From NCBI RefSeq assembly GCF_009834535.1, contig NC_045696.1, positions 20,586,001 to 20,650,000 of the forward strand: a stretch of DNA of 64,000 bases. Reading direction: 5' to 3'. Each line of letters opens with the position of its first letter. Position 1 is the first letter of the stretch. Positions 1 through 12,884 of this stretch are shown here, piece after piece. This DNA comes from Camelus ferus (taxonomy: Eukaryota). The notes beneath the pieces were generated by a model. That model was not told the origin of the DNA. It did not search any database and saw only the letters and a list, made by a program, of their open reading frames with translations. Both the position numbers and the translations under genes were made by a program.

Positions 1-2315
1 CATGTGAGTCCATAGATGATGCACTTAAACTCATAACCACCATGGGGGTTCTCAAGCTCCTGATGTAGTTAAAGATGAGAGACTGAAGTGTTTTAAGCAG
101 AAGACTATTTTTGTCTACTGAATGGAGCAAGAATTTAATGGCTACAAAACTGCCCAGAGGGAGAACATTATAAAGATGATAGAAATAATTTAAATGGAAA
201 AAAAAAAGGAGCTACAAATGCAAACTTTGTGGTTTCCTTGAACTCAGCTTATTAACTGCACACAAAACCATTATCTGTGACATCAAAAGTTTTAAAAATT
301 AATATTTAATATACTGAAATTAAAAAATTAAATTTTTTTTATATTTTTTGGTTCAGCTTGAAAAAATTACATTATATATAATTCTAGTAAATGTTAGCAA
401 GCACATTTCAAAGTTCATAGTCTGTATAATTAAATTAACTTAAATATTTTAAAATGTATCCATAAATACACTATATTAGATTTTAAGCACCTATAAACAA
501 AGCCTTCCCATGTATAAATCTAATAAATTAAACATGTCAATATGGTTACTCTTATGCTTTCTGAATATACCAATGATATCAACAATTTAAGTTCTCTTTT
601 ATCTTTAAATTTAAATCTGAAGTTTGAATTTGTTGCACAATAATATTTTAAACTTGATTTATAATAGTAAATTATTTAATACCCTACTATGCTTGAATCT
701 CTTATTGATGCTAAATGATTAAAACAAAATAGATGTGGATAATTTCTGAAATAAATATTTTATTTTAAATGTTATTATAATGATAATTATTTATATTTAA
801 CTTTAAATTCCTCAAATTATGTTTTTTAACTCTTTCAAAATTAAATTAAGGGTTATTTTCTTACTGGAGCAAAATTGTTATATAGTCCAGAATATTTGAT
901 CAGGATACAAAGTTTGGACCTGCAGAAATCCAAAGAGATATTTCTAATAACTAGAAGAGTCAAGTTGAGCCTTCTTTTATAGAACCAATAGAAGCTGCTG
1001 GCCCATGCTATACTAAGGTAGATGTCTCACAGCCCCAGTTCTCTGTGCCCAAGTAGAAACATTTCTAATTCTTAAGTCTGCCTTGAGACTACAGCTCCTC
1101 ATCCAGGTAGTTTACCACTGATTTGAATTAAACTATTCTGAATTGTTGTATTCTTCTATCTAGAAGAATGGGGCATGTTATTAAATTCCATTTTTTATGT
1201 TTGGCCATAAAGGCATGTTCTTAGGCCATTTCGATAAGAAGAGTCTGATTCAGGGCCGTAGAGGAAGTGAAAAAATTCTATTTAAAAAAATAAATAAAAT
1301 CTACAGTCCTAATGGTTCATGTTTCAAAAACAGTGCAGTATCATTTATTGTGATAAGTGAATAAAGAAGGATAAACAAGTTTTGATGATTTTCACTTCGG
1401 GTATTTTGACTTTGAGGTACTTTAATACATGACATTAATATTTTCATTATGGATATTTGAGGTACTTTGATACTAGAAGTTTCAACTTTGAGGCATTTAT
1501 CTGATTGTAAGTATATTTTGTGGTGTTTCGAGTTTGCGACTATGTGTTTGAGACTAGTTTGAAAGGTAAGGTTTGAATATATACGTGTCAAACCACAGGT
1601 GATCACCAGTGACTGGTCAAGAAGTACGAGGAGACTGAAGTATGCTAAGAATGTACAATTGGATAATACTAAGGTTTAAAGGGAAATTGTTAACGGGAAG
1701 TTGTTAGTAGGAAGTAAGATAAAAGTGTCAGTGAATCCAGTATTATTCTTATACTAATAAAATCAGCAAAACTCTTAACTGGAGAATTCTGAATCCCTAT
1801 CAAATTGTTCTGGTAAATTATGATTCAATATCATATTCTCATCTGTTGTTAATTGAAAATTGAAGAAGGAGTCTTAAGAGTAATGACACTAGGCATGACA
1901 CAAAATCATTAAATTTATCATTTTTACATTGTTTAATATCATATATAGAATTTGATTCCAGGAAATAGTTTACATTATCTGCTTTCTAAGCATCATTTCT
2001 CTTAGTAAACAATAATATCAATGTAGCTCATTATATTTACTTTTTGCCCTGGCTAACAGAAACCTCAGAGCTAAGGTCTGTTTTCTGTTTCTGCAGTTTT
2101 CCTCCAGCAGTTGTTTCCTGCTATAATTTTGCTCTTCGATTATTACATTTTGTCTCTTTGTTATGATTCTTAGTTTATTTGATGTGGGCTTTAGTATGAC
2201 CCTTCTATGAGTTTTGATAAAGCTTCTATAAACATTCTTGTATAAATCTTCTACTGACATTTACAAAAAAAATCTCTTGGGTAAATATATAAGAGTTTAA
2301 TTGCCAGGTCATACT

Positions 2316-2643
2316 TGATCTTAAAAAACAAGAGCCAGTTATTTTACTAGCAAAATGTGTTTATTCGGGCATAGCAGAAAATCGCCAAGGACTATGGCAA
2401 ACCACAGGCAAGTCTGGAGAACAGGGGACAGGGGATGGCTTTTATAGAGGAGAGGAGGAAATTGGGGGGGCCCTGGTGGTTCTTCACTGGCTGAAGGTGG
2501 AGGCAGCTTGTTGCTGCTAGAGCAGAAGGAAATCTTTCTTCCTGCTGGGATCTGTATCCTGTGGAGAGCGATGGGTGTCTGAGCTCCCCTTTCAGGGATT
2601 CCTGACTCCATTTTTAAATGAGATTTCTCATAGGGAATGTACA
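2316..2643 (-). mobile_element. ERV1-class solo LTR
   Basis: TG...CA ends with a 4-bp TSD TACT (2312-2315 / 2644-2647). Minus-strand TATAAA (2441-2446) and AATAAA (2360-2365) in LTR order. Interrupts L1 sequence. Confidence 0.85.
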
Positions 2644-3182
2644 TACTTAATTTTTGAAAAAAGAAAAAAAGGAAAAGAAAAAGTGCTTGTGCTAATTTAC
2701 CCCAGCTCCAAGTAGCTCCTCCACACCCTCACCAAAATTTGATGTTGTCAGTCTTATATAATTTTAGCTATACTAGTCACCATGGAGTTGAATTTATCAC
2801 ATCCCCTGCTGATTGATGATGGTTAATGATGTTGAACACATTTTCATACACTATTGAGGCCTTTGTGTAATTTCCTTCGTGTCTGTTCAAATCTTCTGCC
2901 AATATCTAACTGGCTTAAATGTCTTTTTATTGCTGATTTGAAGGATTTCTTTATGTATGCTGACTACAAGCCTTACCTAAAGTTATGAATATATTGTTTT
3001 CTTCCGGTAGCTTTATATCTTTAGCCTGTATTAAGACTATTTGACTAATTAAGACTGTAAAGTGAGACTGTAAATCCTTTTGAATGAATTTGTGTATGGT
3101 AGAAGATACTGTTTGAAGCTCTTTTCTATATAGTTGGTCTTAACCCCATAGTCTTAATTTTACATGAATTCTACTCACCATC

Positions 3183-3526
3183 TGTGCATTAAACTAAGGT
3201 GCATTAAAATCTTAAGAGTTTACTTGAGTGTACACAGACTGGAATTGGCAGTGCCAAACCGAACTAAGGTGGTTAGGAGCACTCCACCAACAGGAGACAG
3301 AGGCAAGGTTTTTATAAATAAGATGCAGAAGCAAAGGATTGAGATTATTTGATTGACTATAGCTTACGCAGTTGTCTTCTTTGGGGAAGCCTAGTTAACT
3401 GTCTGTAATTGGCTGTTCTTAAGTTTCATTTTTCTTGGATTCAAGTGCACTGATTGGTTAGGTTTTGGCTACAAAGGCATTAGAGCCACCTCAGTCTAAT
3501 GGCCTCCTTGTTTAAACACTTTAACA
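3183..3526 (-). mobile_element. ERV1-class solo LTR (second family)
   Basis: Reverse complement begins tgttaaagtgtttaaacaaggaggccattagactgaggtggctctaatgcc, with CCAAT boxes and a TATA box. Interrupts L1. Left edge and TSD not clean. Confidence 0.75.
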
Positions 3527-6500
3527 GTCTCTAATATTTACTTTCATCTATTTGTCTATTCTAATGCTGTTACTACTCTGTCCTGATAATTATTGCTTCA
3601 CAAGTCTTGAATCCAGTAATATGAGTCCTCCAACGTTGTACTTTTTCTCAAAATTGTTTTACCTAGTCTTCTTAGTTTTCCTCATAAATTTTAGAATCAA
3701 CCTTTTAATCTACAAGAAAATAGCTTGTTGGAATTTTGGACTGAAGTACCATTACGACTGTAGATCAAGTTGAGGACAAGAAACATTAAACATGTATTGT
3801 CTTCAACTAATAAGGATGGTATTTTGCTTTATTATTCATTCTTTATTATATTTAACATTTTTATCTCCAATGTTTTATCATTTTTAGTGGAAGGTTTGTA
3901 TATATCATTTGTTAAATTCATCCTTATTATTATTAATGTACTTTGATTTTTTTGTAAGTTATATTTTTATTTAATGTTTTCCAGTTTTGGGCTGCAACTA
4001 TTTAGGGATAAAATAGAATTCTGTACGTTGACCTTGTATCCTACAGTTTTTTAACCTAACCTGCAAATTCCACTCACTTGAAATTTCTTGAAACATTTTC
4101 TATGGCCCAAAATATTATCTATCTTGTTAACTATTTTCTGTAGATGTTGGGTAAAGTGTTTAGTAAATGTTGATTACTGCATAGTTTTTGTTCAAACCTT
4201 TTATAAGTTTTCTTATGTTCATCACTGGGACAGTGGTGATAAATCTCTGCGATTGCAGGTTTGTTTTTTTCTTTCTTTAATACCATATGATTTAGTTTCA
4301 TATATTTTGAAGATCTCTCTAGATGAATTCATGTAAGGATTCTTATAACTTTCTTTAGATTTTTTTCATTCTACCATTATAAAATTTCACTTTTTAAATG
4401 TTAATCAGTACTCTTTACCTTGACATCCATATGGTTCTGTAATAATACAGTACACTCAAACTTTTCTATTTTTAATGATTTATACAATGGTATTATTTTT
4501 CCCAGTTTTTTAGTTTCAACCCTCCTGTGTCTTCACACTCAAAGTGTACCTCCTATAATAGCATATAGACAGCTTAACATTTTAACTTTAAAGTAATCGT
4601 TGAGTGACTTGAGTTTACAGCCTCCTCTTGCTCTTTGTTTTCTATGTGCCTCTTTTCCTTCCTTGCCTCTCCTGTCTTTGATTTTTTAAAAACTCTTTTG
4701 TGATTTTTGAATAGGTAAGTAGATAGATATACAGACAGACATATAGACATAACAGTTTATTTACTTCAAGGCTTTTTACCTATATCTTTTTGGATCACTT
4801 TTAATGGTTGCTCTAATGATTACAAGATGTGTTCTTAAAAAATCTCAATCTATAGAAAGAGAGCAATGTATTTCCTCACATGGCCCATTCAATAAGCGAT
4901 GAAAAAAAGGAAAGAAAATTTATTAAAAAAAAACGTAGAGAGAGAAATAAAACTCTCATTTGCAAATGACGTAATTCTATACATGGAAAATCATTTAGAA
5001 ATTTAAATAAAAATGACTAAATCTAGTGATAAACATTTTCTGCTTTTCTGCATGGCTTGTTTGTATACCAAACAAGGTGATTCATAAATGGTATATCTTT
5101 GTCTTCCTTTAAAAAGTTTTGAGTTTTGTTCTGCCAGACAGTTAAACTATTGCTGGATAACTTTTATCTAAAAGGCTTGATTTTATTTTTAGAGCCGGTA
5201 TATTTCTTTTCTAACTTCAGTCATAGTGTGTAGCATTTTACTTATTGTCCTTTCTCTCAAGCAAGAGCTTTTTCTAGATGTTCAAAAGAATTTCTTAGAT
5301 GCTTTGTGAGGTGTCTCCCTTCTTGATGGTCTAGAATTCCAGCCTTTTTTGGAAATGGCTGACCATTCATCTCTTAATCTCACAGCAGCTCCTTTGTAAA
5401 GTGTTGTGAAGTCTTGCACTGAATGTTCTCAAGAGCCAGCAGGGAAATCCATACAGAATGGCACCCCCCAACCCCACTGAGCTCCATCCTTTCCAGCACC
5501 CTGACATACAATTCTAGACAATGATGCAGCCCCAAAACATAATGTTTTCCCTTCACAACTCAGTGAGACCACTGTATTCCGGTTGGTTTGACCTTATCCT
5601 GACAGAGCACCAGGTGAGCATGAATCTCACCTCATCCTCTTCTGTTCTCTCAATAAGCACAGGTTGAAGATGGATGACAGCAAATAACAACAGTTATGCT
5701 GTGAGAAAAGTCACATAATTATATATCAATTCATGAATGAATAGCTAAATAATTAAAATTTTTTGAACTGTTTTCAGATATCCATGTCCAGTGTGAAAGC
5801 TGGACATACAAGATCCACCTGTAACACTGCTACTTGGTGACGGACACCAGAATTAAAGGCACAACACCTTCAGGATAAGAAAGGTCAGTCTCTTAGGAGG
5901 GCTGTATCTAGGGCTATCTCTTCAGGATGTTCAAGCAGTTTGGAGCAATTCTGTAGCTACTGACTAACAGAAATTTGATTTTAAAGGAAATTGTATGCTC
6001 TTGAAGAAGGTTTCAAAATTTTATTGGGGCCTTGGTGGCAGTCGATTTCTGGGAATACTTCCAGTTCCAGGGGAACTGGAATATTCATTAGTAGACCCTA
6101 AACTGCATGGAGTAGTGCATAAAAGTTAGCCCTGGACACCTACCAGCCAAATATTATAGTTGGTTTTGAACAGCAAAAGTGATTCTAGGATGCATCTGCC
6201 AATGGAGACAAAATTCCGATTATATTGCCAAATTTTAGACAAAGGAAAGATAATTTCTTGATATTTGACATAGTAACATTATATTGAAGATATAAGAAAA
6301 GAACATAGTATCTGAATTAGGGCATGTATTAGCTGAATCTTTTCAAAAGATTTTTATGGTTAAAGTTCCAGATTGAAAAATACATATCACGTGTCATTAT
6401 TTCACACATTTAGATTTATATTTTTAAATAGTTTCTTAATCTAAATAATGGATGCAATATTTAAATATGCTTCTCAAGTTTAGATACTAAGTACTTAATT

Positions 6501-8610
6501 TAGCACAAAAATAGCCCCTCTGATTTCTTATTTCATAGCTTAGACAAATTTTATCAATGATGCTATCTTTTTAGGGTTGAAATTCTTTTGCATATAAGTC
6601 ATTTTTCAGTCCTAAAAATATTTTTCCATATAAATGGTTGTCTGAAATATCTTTCAATATATAGATTGATATGATTATTACCCTATGATGACAAAGTCTG
6701 TGTAAGTGAGAATACTTGGCATAAGAAAATGGTTAATTTTTTCAAATGTGTAACTAAAGACCACATCTTATTTGTAAATACACATTTGCCATGAGTTTTT
6801 TGTTTTGTTTTGTTTTCCTTTGGGAAGTTTTTAATGTTCATTTCAAAAGACAAAACTTGAAACCAATTTAAAATGAAATTTTCCCTATTTTGACTGCTTA
6901 AAAATGCTTTTTCAATTAAAGAAATATATGTATCATTCTTTTTCTTATCAAACAACTGACTAAATATGGAAACATCCAAAAATCTAATCTATATGCTATA
7001 AAATGTATAATCTAAATGCTATAAAATGTTCTAAGTGAAAAGGTGGATTTATAGACAATGTAGAACAAGTTAATTCTCCCAAATATTATGAATATCACAT
7101 GTAGAGCAGCGCATGGTGCAAACAACTAAAAAGTAGGAAAATTAAGATAAGGATGTGTCAACATCGTACAAAATGAAAGAGAAATTACTGCTCTTATATT
7201 TTCAGGTTTAGTTTTACAGAACACTGTCAGATTTACAAGAGATAGGGATGTCCTTACTGCTTTCTAGCATGCTTTATACGTTCCTCAATAAACCATAGGG
7301 AAATAGAATCAAGTTCAAATAAAAATCAGTGTATTTTATTCTTAAGATAGCATATTTCTTTTTAATTAAAACAGTGACTAGAAAAAATACTTTAATAAAA
7401 TGGCATAAAATGCTGCAGTATAAACTCTATCTTGTTATGCTCTTATTATTCAGCCTTTTTTCCATTCAGTGTAAAAAAAAAAGTGGAGTGGTGTTTCGAC
7501 CTGTACTCATAACCTGACAAAGGAGTTATAAGGACATGGTCTTTACCTTCTGATGTAAAGCCTATGATGATTCATTACCCCCCAAATTAATTTTTTCCAC
7601 AGTCATTTATCGTCATCAAGTTTCTATCATGTGGCAGGTTAGTCCTGTCATGGCAGTTGCTGCACCCTCTGTAGACTGACTTCTCAACGACAAGAAATGT
7701 ATTTTCTCAAGGTCACATTATCCCCCAGAAATCTAAAACAGTTCCACTCTACCCAGTGGATATTTCTACACAAAGGCATAATTTGGTTTGTTTCAAAATA
7801 TATTTATAAAAACAGATGGGGAGAAAATAAAGCCTTTATACTCTTTTATACTTAAAAGTGGTTTTCGCTTAGTGGAGAATTCTGAGTCCCATGTACAGTG
7901 GAACCATAACATGGCCCAGAATGAAAAGTTCATGTCCGTGGGACATGGTTATGGTAGAAAACATCCAGGCTTTGCGTGTCCTGGCTGTCTTTTCTACTTT
8001 GGTGATACTGCCTACTGAGTGTTAGCCCCAAAGTACAGACCTCATAGTGATCTCTTTGGCTAAGGATTCCCTGTGACACATACCTTCTCCACCTACATTA
8101 AAAAGCAAACCAGTTTCTGTTTCACAAGCTACCTTGTACCGGAAGCTCGGTCAAAGAAAAAGCAACGGCTGTGAATGCAAACTGTGAAATAAATACAGAA
8201 TGTAAGAGTGTCACTTAAGCTGGAGGGAAGGGAGCTAATGATGATGTAACTACTTGTAACTACTGAATATGACTCAGCTAATAATCCGGAGGAAAAATAT
8301 TAACTGGGAAATATCATTACTTTAAAATGATAAAGAGCCACTGTTTTTAAAAGTGACATTTTTAAAAAGCGTGAGAGTCTCCATTTTATTTGTGTTTGTT
8401 TAAAGTGGTCTAGTCAGCTCAATTGATTAGAACACATATTACAAGCAAAGACCATTTTATAGTTTGTTGCTTTGGTTGGACTAGTTTGGCTGAAGCTGAA
8501 ATGCTAGTTAATCATTTACTGAAGGGAGACACTCCCATCACAAAAGAAGGCAACCAGAAATAATAAGTCATTAATTCCTATTCTGTGATTTACAGTTTAC
8601 AGAGCACTGC

Positions 8611-8990
8611 TTTTATGGACTGAATTGTCCTCCCTCCACAAATTCGTATGTTGAAGCCTTAACCCCGAACATGACTGTATTTGAAGGCAGGACCTATAAG
8701 AGGGTAACAAAGGCTAAGTGAGATCATAGGATGGAGCCTTAAGCCAATAGGATTGGTGCTCTTATAAGAAGAGGAAGAAAACCAGACCTCGCAAATGTGC
8801 ACAGAAGAAAGGCCACTTGAATACATAGTGAGAAGTGGCTACTTGCAAGCCAGAGAGGCCTCATCTGACACCAAGTCTGACATTACCTTGATCTTGGACT
8901 TGCAGCCTCCAGAACTGTGAGAGAACACATTTCTATTGTTTAAGCCATCCACTCTGTGAGACTTTGTTGCAGCTCAATTTGATGAATGTA
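8611..8990 (+). mobile_element. MaLR solo LTR, MLT1A-like
   Basis: tatggactgaattgtcc...atgttgaagccttaacccc...ccttgatcttggacttgcagcctccagaactgtgaga...ttgtttaagcca. Confidence 0.9.
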
Positions 8991-9049
8991 ATAGTCATAT
9001 TTGTTTTTATGTGACATATAATAAAGCAAAATGGTTAGCTGTGGTTGTT

Positions 9050-9150
9050 ATCCAAATACTGGAGGTAAATAAATTGGGGATCAAAAAGTTTAGGTGATTT
9101 GCCTCAATCACTTAGGTAGTAAGTAATAGATTTATGATTCAAGATTCATT
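9050..9150 (-). mobile_element. MIR SINE fragment
   Basis: aaattggggatcaaaaagtttaggtgatttgcctcaatcacttaggtagtaagt resembles the MIR core. Confidence 0.6.
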
Positions 9151-12119
9151 CCTTTCTATATAGAAAGCTTTTTATTTTATCAGCTGGCCCAGTAAAACCT
9201 TCATGAGTGGAAAAAAAACACGTCAAGGGGGCTTAAAAATAGCATTTTCATATGCAAAAGAGAAGAAATATTTTGAAAGTAACTTTTCCTTGAAATTAGG
9301 TGAAAATAAAAATATCAAAATGCTAAGTTGTAAAATAGTTAACCAATATATTAAAATTTTAATAGGGGTAATGAAAATGTGTGAAGTTATCATCTAAAGG
9401 ATTTGAACCTTCTTTACGTCAACGTGTTTAAGTACTGTAAATGAAAATCATTGCTACATATCTTTTGGAAGCAATTTGCTAATCATGACTCACCCATTTT
9501 GACCTGCGAAAGTCTAACATATAAAACACATTTTTTTTAACATCTTACACTTTCTGAAAGATATTTCCAGTATTGATTCATAAATCCAAAAGATGTCTGT
9601 ATCAGTTCCAGTGTCATCTGAGTTCTCTTTTTAGGGTACTTCTTCATTTCACGTTTCTCCACACTTGGTTACTTACTGGGGGAATACTCTGCTTTTAAAA
9701 TTCATGTTGGCAACACTTATATCTAATTAACCTCCATATGCCACAGATACTCCTAACAAATTATATGGGTATGTATCCTTATAGGGAATACAATTTCTCA
9801 TAACTACACCCCCACGAGCCCTATTTTTGAAGAAATCACTCAGTATAAGTAGAAGAGTAGTTAGGATGGAAAATGTTTTAAAGAGCACACTTCTGTTGCC
9901 ATAGTAACTATAACCTCACCAGGCTCAATCCAGAGTTTACTTGGAAGCAATATAATTCTGACATTGATTTTTCCCAGTCTAATTTCCTTTTAAAAATAAA
10001 GAAAAGCAGTACAGAATAAGTTAATGAGAAAATATAGCTCCTCTTTTTATTAGCTTCTTCTGGCTTTAGTCCCCAAATAAGAAGTTATCTTACAAAGCAC
10101 ACCAACAAAACAAGGAATAGCCACTCCTAATGCTAATAGCCAGTCTCTCTCTCTCTAATGGTACACATCCCTTAGTGCTTATATTTTTAAAATGTCAATT
10201 TAAGATAAGAACTTAATTTCAATAGTGACAAGGGCAAAATATTTATCATGATATAGGAAAATTACTCATGTCCTGTGCACAATCTCATATGCCCCCAAAT
10301 GAGATATAAACCAACACTGAAAGCAGCTAAATCCATTTCAAAAACACTATTTTCATTGTTATGTTTCAAATCATCTGATGCTTACTAAATCCCAGCTTGA
10401 TTTGGAAGTATGTATTTGACAATTTTCAACAAACCAATAATACAGAATAATGAATTTAAATATAACATAATATATAATACAATGTACTAGGAAATTTCTG
10501 GGACTAAAAACCTCATTTGTGAAGGAGATGAGAAAATCAGAAGTAAGATAACAGCAGATACAAGTATTTTTTGCAATTTTGAAAAATGTTTAGTATTAAG
10601 GTGTATTTGTAATACAATATATAATAATTCTAAAACGTATTTTCAGTACCTTTGAATAGGGCAAAAAATAAAAAAATGGCTTAGAAAATGTCGCAGTTTC
10701 ATATAATCTTTTATTAGGATTTTAAATATAGTTTCTCTGGCCTGAATAACAATTATCCAATCTCATATATATTTTGATCAGAACTGTGAAAAATGCAACC
10801 ATTTTCACACTCAGAAGGCTTAGGTAATAGCATGCAAGTTCATGCAGTTAATCTGTGATAAATACTTTGGCATATGTTAGAAATTCTAAAAGAATAATTT
10901 ATATCAGGCACAACATCTGTTTAAAAAAGAAGACTTGCTAATCAAATTTCATTTACTCTTTCTGTGCTCATTTTTCAGACTGGCAACAGGACGCACACCA
11001 GGCTACTGCATGGGAGCGCCATATGCATTACAAACATCACGTCTTGGCCAGAATCCAAACACACAACTTTGATTTTTATTTCCACAAAACTTTCTGGCAC
11101 AAAACTGTTAATGGCAGGTGGATTTAACTTATGCGGGCGTTTGAAGGGAAAGGTCTTTCTTTAGTACTGTGACAGTGTTAGGTGTGAATGCAGGTTGGAC
11201 TTTTCTTAGTAAGGCTCTACCCCATTATACATTTATAGCACCACTACATATTTCTGCATAAAACATATCAAAATTTGAAATAATTTCTATCCTCCCTACA
11301 AGTTGCAAGCACCCTCAGGACAGTAACTTTTTAAGTATTTAAGGCCTGTCACAGACCTTATCAGAGAATAGGCATTCAGTAATTATACGTGGCTGGAATG
11401 CATATGACTAAACCATGGGACAGAGCACCCCCCGAAGGGGGCCATTTCCATTCATCTCTGTATCCCATGGATTTACTCTGCAGGCACAGATTAAGCCCTT
11501 AATGCATTTGTGCTTGCTGACTGACGAACGAGTTCTAGGTGTCATCCTGACACCAATTTTCAAGGCAGAAAAAACAAATTCCACAGCATCAAACATTTGC
11601 TTTTAACTGCTATTTCCTGTAGGTCTTTAAAAACAAACATCAAGAAAATTAAACTATCCCTTAGGGGAAAATGGCGTGAAGGAAAGACAAGTAGAAATGA
11701 TATCTCTCAGACTCTGCATATCTCGAAATACTTCCTTGATTTCAGGAGAAATAGAAATACTTGCATATTTTGAAAGAAAAGATATCCAATGAGCTGACTC
11801 ACTTGTCTTTTTAGTTAAAAATGGAAACTGGAATGCACTATAAATAAAGAACTCATTGGGCATAGATTATTAAAGTGCTTCAGAATTGCCTAAGGCCATG
11901 TAGAAGAAGGTATAAATTCTTTTGCTCTATAGCAGCACTTAATTACTATAGGCTTTTGTCTTTCTTCCCCTCTGAAGCCTGTTGATATGTAAATGGACTG
12001 CCTTTTTTTCCCTAAAGACCTTTAATATCATCAGATTCTAGAAATCATGAAAAGTAGTTTTTTTCTTTTTATGAGTTATACTTTGAAGTATTCACTTAAA
12101 TAGCATTTAAAAAATTAAC

Positions 12120-12465
12120 CGGGGAAACTGTCTGTCATCAAGAGCAAAGAACGTCTGAGAAGCTGTCGCGGGAACAGCCTAAGGAAACAGGGCAAATAAA
12201 TATAATAAGGTAACCTGGATGGGATTCTGGGACAGAAAAAGAACAGCAGGTAAAGAGCAAGAAAATCTAAATGAACCATAGGCCTTAGTTTATAATAATG
12301 TGTCACATCAGTTTCATTAATTATAACAAATATGCCATATTAATATAAAATCCTAATAATTGGGGAAACTGGATGTGGAGTAAATGGAAACTCTCTGCAC
12401 CATCTTCTCAATCTTTCTATAAATGTAAAGCTCTTTTAAGAAATGAAGTCTATTAAAAATTAATA
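12120..12465 (+). mobile_element. L1MC/L1MD-like LINE 3' end
   Basis: ctggatgggattctgggacagaaaaag...ggggaaactggatgtggagtaaatggaaactctctgcaccatcttc, A-rich end. Confidence 0.85.
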
Positions 12466-12839
12466 AAAACATGTACATTGGTCACACATTTTCCCTTTCT
12501 CCATGAGTCCCAATTTAACTTCAACAGGCATTGACTGTGTCCCTAACTCATTCCACTGGCAGTTTCCAATATTTAGTGTATTTATTTTCTGATTGTATAA
12601 GTGTAATGTATAAGTGTTCACCTTTTCTCTGAATCTGTCAGGAGATTTCTTCCCAGATACGACCCTTATTCTGTAAAAAATACAACAGCATGCAATGATT
12701 ACAAGTCATCAACCCCCTCCATAAATGGATACTTCTGTAAATAATAATAAAATTGGATAAAGAGGGCTTACAAATGACTAAGGAAAATGAATTACAAAAA
12801 AATCCACAGTAATAAAAAGCAACATCCCTAGTTACCAAG

Positions 12840-12884
12840 CACACACACACACACTCTCACACACACACACACACACACACATAC
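12840..12884. repeat. (CA)n microsatellite, interrupted
   Basis: Read directly. Confidence 0.95.

Larger units (their letters stand above)
2150..5700 (-). mobile_element. Ancient L1M (L1ME-like) LINE remnant, antisense: 3' end, ORF2, ORF1 and 5' UTR pieces, interrupted by two solo LTRs
   Basis: Antisense L1 3' motifs (ataaagcttctataaacattcttgta...tctcttgggtaaatatataagagt; ggttaatgatgttgaacacattttcat). ORF2-like ataaattttagaatcaacc at ~3685. 5'-UTR-like gagttttgttctgccagacagttaa at ~5120. Confidence 0.75.

Noticed and set aside
7564..7679. Possible C/D box snoRNA (ATGATGA ... CTGA)
   Set aside because: No terminal stem or recognisable guide; both motifs are common by chance.
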